In this document: positions 17,199 through 24,460 of the stretch, in pieces
Layout of the letters: each line of letters starts with the position of its first letter
Position numbering within the stretch: the stretch's first letter is position 1
Virus record (IMG/VR): IMGVR_UViG_2806310815_000005
Strand: one strand, 5' to 3'
Length of the DNA: 25,822 bases
Source: an uncultured virus (IMG/VR IMGVR_UViG_2806310815_000005)
Lineage: Duplodnaviria > Heunggongvirae > Uroviricota > Caudoviricetes
Made by a program: the position numbers and the translations under genes
The notes under the pieces: generated by a model
Told to the model about the DNA's origin: nothing
Database searches by the model: none
The model's input: the letters and a program-made list of their open reading frames with translations, nothing else

Positions 17199-17926
17199 TG
17201 AAATTAAATTTTAAAAATATCTTAATAATTGCGTTTCTAATACTAGTAGCTTGGTTTGCGATAGACGAGTATTTTGATAAAAAAAAGTTAGAAAAAGCTC
17301 AAATAGAGTTACGTACAACTAAAATTAAAAACGACACTTTAGTTCAAATTAATGATAGGCAGTATACTAAACTAGTAGCAGACACATTAACAGAAAAACA
17401 ACTCCGAAAAAAAATTGATAGTTTTGGAATTGTAGTAAAAAATCCCGTTCTTGCACAAGAAATAAAATACATACCAATAACTGTAGAAAAACCTGTAGAG
17501 AAGTTAGTAAAAACAGATACTACAATAACAGCTATTGATTACTACCCAAAGCAAGAAAACTATTTTGCAAAACACACGACAGTATTTAAAACAAAAGACC
17601 TTACTGCCACAGGAAAGTTTGAATTCCAAGAAACAAGTATAAAGCTTGTAGTAAGTGAAAATGAAGACGGAACTTACAGAGCAACTTCTGACCTACCTAA
17701 ATACTTCAATGTAACATCAATAGATGTCCAATCACAACCACTAGTCCCAACACAAAAAGACAGGTTTGGATTTATAGTAGGAGGTTCTTTAGGGAAAGAA
17801 ATGGGGGCAGGTACTGAGGTAGATTTTTTCAGGTTAAATGCAGGTATAAGATTTAATAAAGTTTACCTAATGTCAGGTGTAAGTTCAGACGGTCAATTAG
17901 ATGTAGGTATAAATATTGAATTATAA
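17198..17926 (+). CDS. Membrane-anchored protein with N-terminal TM and C-terminal amphipathic beta-strands; spanin-like candidate
   Basis: ILIIAFLILVAWFAI anchor, short coiled coil, beta-rich body and a Gly/aromatic alternating C-terminus (RFGFIVGGSLG, LNAGIRF, VYLMSGV, LDVGINIEL). TAATG-coupled to the endolysin gene. Confidence 0.5.
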   Translation: MKLNFKNILIIAFLILVAWFAIDEYFDKKKLEKAQIELRTTKIKNDTLVQINDRQYTKLVADTLTEKQLRKKIDSFGIVVKNPVLAQEIKYIPITVEKPVEKLVKTDTTITAIDYYPKQENYFAKHTTVFKTKDLTATGKFEFQETSIKLVVSENEDGTYRATSDLPKYFNVTSIDVQSQPLVPTQKDRFGFIVGGSLGKEMGAGTEVDFFRLNAGIRFNKVYLMSGVSSDGQLDVGINIEL

Positions 17927-18459
17927 TGGATAAAAATAAGATAATAGTAGACTTTTTAGTTATACCTACAAATGAACCTAAGTACTTAGTAATATCGGAT
18001 GCTAGCTATTGGGGGAGGATAACAGATACTACAACAATAGTTGAAATTATAACACCAGGATCTTCAAAACCTGTAGTACACTATTTTGCGCAAGGTAAAC
18101 AAAACATATTTAATTCGATAAACTTAGAAGTTTCAGTCGATGAAGATGTAAAAGTAGATTTACCAGATGGTATTTATCAGATAACCCTAAAAGGATCACC
18201 AGACACTTACAAAAAAACAAGAAGTTATTTAAAAACAGATAAAATTAGATTAGACATTTATAAACTTTATCTTAATTTAAGTAACGATGTAAATAATTGG
18301 TCAGAAGAAGAATTAGATTATATTACAAGGATTGAAATGTTAATTACAAAGTCAGAGGTATTTACAATAGAAAATAAGTTTAAAGAAGCTAACATAACCT
18401 ACAATCAAGCTAGAATGTTAGTAGATGAATACAACAAAAAATGGGAGTCCAAACAATAA
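17926..18459 (+). CDS. Putative tail hub / fibre-attachment protein (beta N-domain + helical C-domain)
   Basis: Beta-rich first part with LPDGIY and a helical C-terminus. Located just before the fibre genes. Function is inferred. Confidence 0.4.
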   Translation: MDKNKIIVDFLVIPTNEPKYLVISDASYWGRITDTTTIVEIITPGSSKPVVHYFAQGKQNIFNSINLEVSVDEDVKVDLPDGIYQITLKGSPDTYKKTRSYLKTDKIRLDIYKLYLNLSNDVNNWSEEELDYITRIEMLITKSEVFTIENKFKEANITYNQARMLVDEYNKKWESKQ

Positions 18460-18647
18460 TAGAGAACTTAGTTTTTGAACGCGCTTACGAGAGGTTAGAT
18501 AAATCTTATCAAAAATGGCAAATAAAAAGACGTTTTGATTTAGGAGATTACCCAAACAGCAATAGTGTAAGAAAAGACCTGTTGCTTACGAAAATATGTA
18601 AGTTTAACAACTGCAATCTAAAAGAACAAATAGAGAATTATGAGTAA
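18441..18647 (+). CDS. Small hypothetical protein (68 aa), possible second tail-hub component
   Basis: Fills the gap between two genes and overlaps both. Helical, with a C-terminal Cys pair. Confidence 0.55.
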   Translation: MGVQTIIENLVFERAYERLDKSYQKWQIKRRFDLGDYPNSNSVRKDLLLTKICKFNNCNLKEQIENYE

Positions 18648-19065
18648 TTGCGGCGAAAAATTAAGTAACACAGCTACTGCAAAAAGTAAAGCACCTTCAG
18701 TAATATACGAAGGGAGTAGAAGTGAAAAAACAAAACTTATAGGAGATTGTGATATAACATTAGCGGATACCACACAGGACACTTATGAAATCTTAGATGA
18801 TATATATTCTGAAATAGATAATTCTGAATTAGGTAACGATTATATAACCTACACAGATTTAAAAACAAACACTGTACTTTATAAACACGAAGAGGAGTTA
18901 GGAAACCTTAACGATAAAGTAACTACACTACAGAACCAAAATATTTGTGAATTAGATATAACAAATTGCGGTATAAATTTAACAGGCATCTCAGATCAAT
19001 GTGAAAACCCAATTACTACATTAGGAGAGTTGTTAAAATATTTAGTAGAACAAAATCAAGTATAA
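18640..19065 (+). CDS. Short fibre/adaptor-like structural protein (141 aa)
   Basis: N-terminal Cys plus a VIYEG...TLAD segment resembling the N-module of the next three genes. Central coiled coil and Cys-containing C-terminus. Confidence 0.55.
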   Translation: MSNCGEKLSNTATAKSKAPSVIYEGSRSEKTKLIGDCDITLADTTQDTYEILDDIYSEIDNSELGNDYITYTDLKTNTVLYKHEEELGNLNDKVTTLQNQNICELDITNCGINLTGISDQCENPITTLGELLKYLVEQNQV

Positions 19066-19067
19066 TA

Positions 19068-20303
19068 ATGGCAACTTGCGAAACTAACATACCACAAACA
19101 GATAATACACCTTTACCTTGCGATGATTATGTAAATGATATTTGCGTAACTATCCAAGAGGGGTATCCATTTATAAATTCAAATGACAATGAGTCTTTAA
19201 AAGAAGTTTTAGAGAAAATCATAGAGAAAATGATCGCTATAAACGGAGGAGATACTAATCAATATGATATAGCTTTAAATGGGAACAATTTAGAACTATC
19301 GGTTGATAATACACTAGTCACTTCTCTTGACTTATCACAATTTTTAGACAACACTAATCTAGCTAGAATTACAAGTGCTGACTATACAGGAACAACACTT
19401 ACTTTAACAAGAGGTGATGCTTCTACAATAACTGCTGAAATAATTACAGTAAACCCAACAGGTCTAGAAGCTATAGATGAGGGAAATGGAACAGGTTGGC
19501 GACTTATAGGTAAAAACCCTACTAACTATGGGAATACAGGAAGTAACTCTGTAGATTTTTCACATAGTATTAGCTCATCTACGACTAATGGAGCTACGGG
19601 AAATAACTCATTTGCAGCAGGGTATAATACTGAGGCTTCAGGTAACAACTCTACAGCAATGGGTTATCAGTCAATTGCATCAGGTTTTGTAGGGGCTACA
19701 TTAGGATACGGAGGGAGAGCAACAGGAACAGCATCTTTTACTATAGGTTATGGTCATAATAACTCTGATAAAATTATTGCATCAGGACAAGGCTCTTTTG
19801 CAGGAGGCTCTGTTACTTTATCAGGTAGTAGAATAGAAGCATCAGGACAGGGCTCTTTTTCTTTTGGTGCACCTAATAATGGAAATTCATTAGCTTCTGG
19901 TGTTAGTTCTTTTGCTATGGGAAAGGGTGTAGAATCTCAAGGTGATTATTCTTTTGCTTTTGGTCAAGAAGTTTTAGCATCAGGTAATTCATCTTTTGCA
20001 TTAGGATTTGGTAATAATTCCAGAGCTACGGGTGAACTTTCAATAGGCAGAAACGGTACAGACTATACATCAAACGATGATATTAATGATAGATTATTTA
20101 ATATAGGTATAGGGGATACAAATCTCTCACGTAAAGATGCCTTTACTGTTTATAGAAGTGGGGCTGCAAAATTTCATCCAATAGCAAAATCTACTATAAC
20201 TAATGCTAGCGCAGGAATGTTTATCTCTAACTCAGAGGAAAGCAATAGGTTAGAATTTTATGATGGAACTCAGTGGAACGTAATATCAATGACACCTGCT
20301 TAA
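19068..20303 (+). CDS. Fibre/adhesin protein with YadA-head-like (Hep/Hag) 14-aa repeats
   Basis: Tandem A(S/T)G..SFA.G repeats at about 19593-20048, preceded by the N-terminal Cys module and followed by a C-terminal LEFYDGTQW motif. Confidence 0.75.
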   Translation: MATCETNIPQTDNTPLPCDDYVNDICVTIQEGYPFINSNDNESLKEVLEKIIEKMIAINGGDTNQYDIALNGNNLELSVDNTLVTSLDLSQFLDNTNLARITSADYTGTTLTLTRGDASTITAEIITVNPTGLEAIDEGNGTGWRLIGKNPTNYGNTGSNSVDFSHSISSSTTNGATGNNSFAAGYNTEASGNNSTAMGYQSIASGFVGATLGYGGRATGTASFTIGYGHNNSDKIIASGQGSFAGGSVTLSGSRIEASGQGSFSFGAPNNGNSLASGVSSFAMGKGVESQGDYSFAFGQEVLASGNSSFALGFGNNSRATGELSIGRNGTDYTSNDDINDRLFNIGIGDTNLSRKDAFTVYRSGAAKFHPIAKSTITNASAGMFISNSEESNRLEFYDGTQWNVISMTPA

Positions 20304-20315
20304 ACTATTTTTTAA

Positions 20316-23300
20316 ATGGCTTGTAAAAAATGTAATAAGATAAAATGCTACTGTAACTCAACACCCCTTTTAGATATAAAATACAAAGGGGAGCAGTTGG
20401 AGTGCATATCTATTGAAGAGGGAGATAACATTAACACCGCTTTAATAAATATAAATGAGAGGTTCTGTAGTATAACACCGCCACCATCAAACTTAGATAT
20501 TATAAACATAGGAGAAGGTGAAGAAATATATGCGGGGGTAAACAATCAAAACAAAAAACAGTTTAAAAGTGTAAAAGGAGAAGGGGATATAGTTGTAACA
20601 TCTGACTCTGATGAAATTACTATATCTACAAGTATAGATATAAACAATACAGTAAGAGAAATAGATTTAGGGACTTTACCTGGAAGCTTGGTTGAATCAG
20701 AAGTGTTAGAGCAAGTAAGACAAACAATTGACGATCTAAATTTAATAGTGGGTAAAGATGAGAATATACTTTTCAAAGTACAAACTCAAAAAGATTTTTA
20801 CGACACAGGGGACATAACAAATGTAAGCCAAAAATATATATGGAAAAAAGGTAAAGGAGATTGGAGTAGTTATACAGTTACAAATAATGATTTTACGATA
20901 GTAAAAGATACTCCTTTAGATAAACCAGTTACTAGAACTTCGGACATAATTAACGACGGAAAAGGGGAAGGAGAACCTTACATAACTGCTCAAGATATAC
21001 CTGAATTTTCCTTAACACAACTATCACCATCAAATACATTTGATTTATTAAAAGAAGGTCAGACAGTAGTAACAGTAGACTTATCTAGTCTTGTAAATAC
21101 TTTTGACCAACCTAAAATTATAGGTGGAGATTTTAATGAAAGTTCAGGAGAACTTTCCTTGGTTCGAGACGATTCTAGTACACTATTAGTAGATTTTTCA
21201 TTGTTAGTTGAATCTATACCTTTAAGTACTTCTGAGATAACAAATAACGGTTCTAATGGAGTATCTCCTTATGCGGAGGTAGGAGATTTAGGAGAAGTTG
21301 CTATTTCTAATGATTATAATGATTTAAACAACAAACCTAATTTACCGTTAAGTACTTCGGATATAATCAATGATGGTCAAGACGGAATTTTCCCTTTTAT
21401 AACTAGTGCTGAAATACCTAACAGAACCTCCTCATTTGTAAATGACGGATCTAATGGGTTAGATACTTATTTAGAAGACTCACAGGCTTCCCTACAAAAA
21501 ATAACTAGTACTGGAAGTACAACCACTGAAATCATAGAGACAGCGGGGTACTCTAAGACAGGAAAAACAGATAAAGACCTGCCTACACTTGGAGGGAATG
21601 ATATAGCTATAAGCGATGTATACATTAAGGTAGATTCACAAGACTCTTTAAAATCGCAGATCAATCTTTTTGACGGGAAAACTTTTGATTTCTTAGGAAA
21701 AAAAGTGCGATATGATGAAAATGCAACCCCTGACGGTGTAGATGTAATAGCTCATAGTACTTTAAGCGGGGGTTTTGTAATAGATCACGATTACCTATTA
21801 GATGCAAGACTATTTGGTCTTAAAGAGGGGCAAGATAATGGCTATGTTTTTGAAGCGATTTCTACAAAAATACAGTCTATAGGAGGAGATTGTGTAGTAG
21901 TTATACCTTCTGGTACTTACGACAGTACTAAACAGATTAGAGTTACTTCTAACAATGTAACCATCCAATTAAATGGGACAATTAATTATACAGGTACAGA
22001 AAAAGTACACTTCATAGAGGTAGGGACAAACGGAGGAACTCAATTAAGGAACTTTAAGCTTCTAGGAACAAACGGAGCAACTGTTAAAGGTTATGACGAA
22101 TTACAAGGAGTTACATTTGTTCAAAATGATGATGGAGATTGCTGCCACGTGGATAATACTCTCGGTGTAGTAATCAAAGATGTAGCTTTTAATAATGGTT
22201 ATGTTAGCGGTGTACAAGTTGCGAGGTCGGCAAGTATAATTATAGATAACTGCACAGCGACAGGCTCTCAAAATAATAACGGTATTTCAATTGCTTTCGG
22301 AATAGCTAACCCCACTGATGAACAATACCCACAATCACTTATATCAAATTGTAAGGCTTTTGATTGTATAGACTTTGGAATCGCTTCTTTTGCAAGTATT
22401 AACGTTTCGTTTGAAAACTGTTATGCAATTAATTGCGGCAATTACGATGAAAACCAAATAGATGCGGGTGGAGGTATATCAATGGAAGATAATGCTGGTG
22501 TCCCTAACTCAATTACGTTTAATAATGTATTTAAGAATTGTCACGCTATCGATTGTAAGAATCAAGGTTTCTTTATAACGGGTAATGGTGTAGAGTTAGA
22601 TGATTTTTGTACTGCCAGTGGTACGCTTCGAGATACATCAGGGGGTGACCCTAACTTCTTCAATGGAAATGGTGTTTTCATAGCAAATGCTCAAAATGTT
22701 AAGATAAAAGGAACTTACACCAACAACGCCACAGATGGTGTTCAAATACTAGGTGATGTCAATGGATTATTTTACACAGGATTTGTTGACATAACATCTA
22801 AATCAAATGGTAGACATGGCTTATTTGGTCGAGGGATATCGCAACTAAAAATTAATGGAGGTGATTATGAAAACAACACTTCAGGCGGTATAAGGTTTCA
22901 AAATAATTCAGCTACTTATAATACAGGTAACGGTGAAATTATAGGTAACAATATATCTACCAGATTTAATGGTGATGAGGGCTCTTTCTTCACTGGTTTA
23001 AAATCTATTAAGATAGACAATCACTATGTTGAAGATGAAGGTGGTAATGGTGTGAGATTTGAAAATACAGAAACAGTTAGAGTTAACAGTATAAAAGCTT
23101 TCACTTCTGACATAGGGGCGTTTGGTAATGCTGTTAACATCCTCGCCAGTTGTACAAATGGGTATATAAAAGATACGGATGTTGGAAGTCTTAGTGTAGT
23201 CAATAATGCCACTAATAAAGAAGAAGTACTTAAAAAATCTGACTATAACTGGGATAGTACAGGTAAACTAAAAGTGAATGGTAATGAGGTTTACCATCCG

Positions 23301-24449
23301 GGAAATTTACCGCCTAGTATTACAGAGGCTGATATTACAGGAACTGAAAGACAGTATACTCAGCAGCAGCAATTTTCTATCCAACAGGTGGCTGATGCGT
23401 CCACTTTGGTCTGGAATTTAAGAGGAAAACAAGTAGCTTATTTACTTACTACGTCGGGGGTTGGTAATAATAGAACGTTTTTTAACACATCACTTGTTAA
23501 TCCAATTAACGGTGGTTACTCAAAACTATATTACATACAAGATGCTATAGGAGGTAGAGATATAACTTTTGGTAATAACTTTGTGGTGTCGGGGGAAATT
23601 GACCTTAGAGCTGACAAAGTGACGATTATACACCTAAATATTAGTAGGGATGGTTCAAAGTATTACGTTCGTCTAGAACCTGTTGAGTCCTTTATAACGT
23701 ATACGGATGAAAGGTTATCAAATCTAGTCAATGATTTAACTGAATCTGAGAAACAAGTAATTCTTGATAAGTTAGGAGTACCTTATCAAAATTCAGGTTG
23801 GACAAGTAATTTAAGTATAGATAATAGTGTTACACCAATAACAGTACCCGCTAATACTGATTTCCAACTTAAGATACAGAACCAAACAATAATTGAACCT
23901 CAAAAACCAGACGATGTGTATGCCTTCCTAGTAGGAAAACGCTTAAAAATATCTTCTATTTCAGGTTCTTTTGAAGTTGGGGAAACTGTTACAGGAGGAA
24001 CAAGTGGTGCAACGGGGGATGTAATATATATAGGTGCTGATTTTATTGATTTACAGAACGTATCTAACGTATTAGATTTTACTACCTCAGAAACTATTAC
24101 TGGGGGGACAAGTACAGCTACAGCAACGGTAGATTCAGATGAAGGGTCATTATTAACAGGACGTGAAGGAGACGATTTAGCTCTTCAATTATATATGACT
24201 ATTGATACAGGGTCTACAAACTCTAAAATTGATACTTGGATTGATATAGGTGGTTCGGTCGGAGAACTATACAGAGAATCAAAAAACTACATAGACTCAG
24301 GTACAAACTATTTTAAAGTAATATTTGAAGGTTATACTTTAGATACATTCGAGAGTAATGGAGGTAAGATATATGTTAGGTCATCTAATACTTTCGATAT
24401 AACTAGTGTTATAACAGTAACTACTAAAAGGAGTCACAAAGCAAGATAA
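20316..24449 (+). CDS. Tailspike/tail fibre with right-handed parallel beta-helix (pectate-lyase-like, putative polysaccharide depolymerase)
   Basis: Beta-helix cap motif DARLFG...FEAI...VVIPSGTY at about 21801, then Asn/Gly/Cys-rich coils to about 23220. N-terminal TS.I.NDG repeats and the fibre motifs AISNDYNDLNNKP and VYHPGNLP. Confidence 0.8.
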   Translation: MACKKCNKIKCYCNSTPLLDIKYKGEQLECISIEEGDNINTALININERFCSITPPPSNLDIINIGEGEEIYAGVNNQNKKQFKSVKGEGDIVVTSDSDEITISTSIDINNTVREIDLGTLPGSLVESEVLEQVRQTIDDLNLIVGKDENILFKVQTQKDFYDTGDITNVSQKYIWKKGKGDWSSYTVTNNDFTIVKDTPLDKPVTRTSDIINDGKGEGEPYITAQDIPEFSLTQLSPSNTFDLLKEGQTVVTVDLSSLVNTFDQPKIIGGDFNESSGELSLVRDDSSTLLVDFSLLVESIPLSTSEITNNGSNGVSPYAEVGDLGEVAISNDYNDLNNKPNLPLSTSDIINDGQDGIFPFITSAEIPNRTSSFVNDGSNGLDTYLEDSQASLQKITSTGSTTTEIIETAGYSKTGKTDKDLPTLGGNDIAISDVYIKVDSQDSLKSQINLFDGKTFDFLGKKVRYDENATPDGVDVIAHSTLSGGFVIDHDYLLDARLFGLKEGQDNGYVFEAISTKIQSIGGDCVVVIPSGTYDSTKQIRVTSNNVTIQLNGTINYTGTEKVHFIEVGTNGGTQLRNFKLLGTNGATVKGYDELQGVTFVQNDDGDCCHVDNTLGVVIKDVAFNNGYVSGVQVARSASIIIDNCTATGSQNNNGISIAFGIANPTDEQYPQSLISNCKAFDCIDFGIASFASINVSFENCYAINCGNYDENQIDAGGGISMEDNAGVPNSITFNNVFKNCHAIDCKNQGFFITGNGVELDDFCTASGTLRDTSGGDPNFFNGNGVFIANAQNVKIKGTYTNNATDGVQILGDVNGLFYTGFVDITSKSNGRHGLFGRGISQLKINGGDYENNTSGGIRFQNNSATYNTGNGEIIGNNISTRFNGDEGSFFTGLKSIKIDNHYVEDEGGNGVRFENTETVRVNSIKAFTSDIGAFGNAVNILASCTNGYIKDTDVGSLSVVNNATNKEEVLKKSDYNWDSTGKLKVNGNEVYHPGNLPPSITEADITGTERQYTQQQQFSIQQVADASTLVWNLRGKQVAYLLTTSGVGNNRTFFNTSLVNPINGGYSKLYYIQDAIGGRDITFGNNFVVSGEIDLRADKVTIIHLNISRDGSKYYVRLEPVESFITYTDERLSNLVNDLTESEKQVILDKLGVPYQNSGWTSNLSIDNSVTPITVPANTDFQLKIQNQTIIEPQKPDDVYAFLVGKRLKISSISGSFEVGETVTGGTSGATGDVIYIGADFIDLQNVSNVLDFTTSETITGGTSTATATVDSDEGSLLTGREGDDLALQLYMTIDTGSTNSKIDTWIDIGGSVGELYRESKNYIDSGTNYFKVIFEGYTLDTFESNGGKIYVRSSNTFDITSVITVTTKRSHKAR

Positions 24450-24460
24450 ATTAAAAATAA

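Noticed and set aside
17419..21043. Intragenic TAnnTTTG matches (e.g. 17419-17426, 21036-21043)
   Set aside because: They lie inside coding sequence, far from start codons, and are expected by chance in AT-rich DNA.
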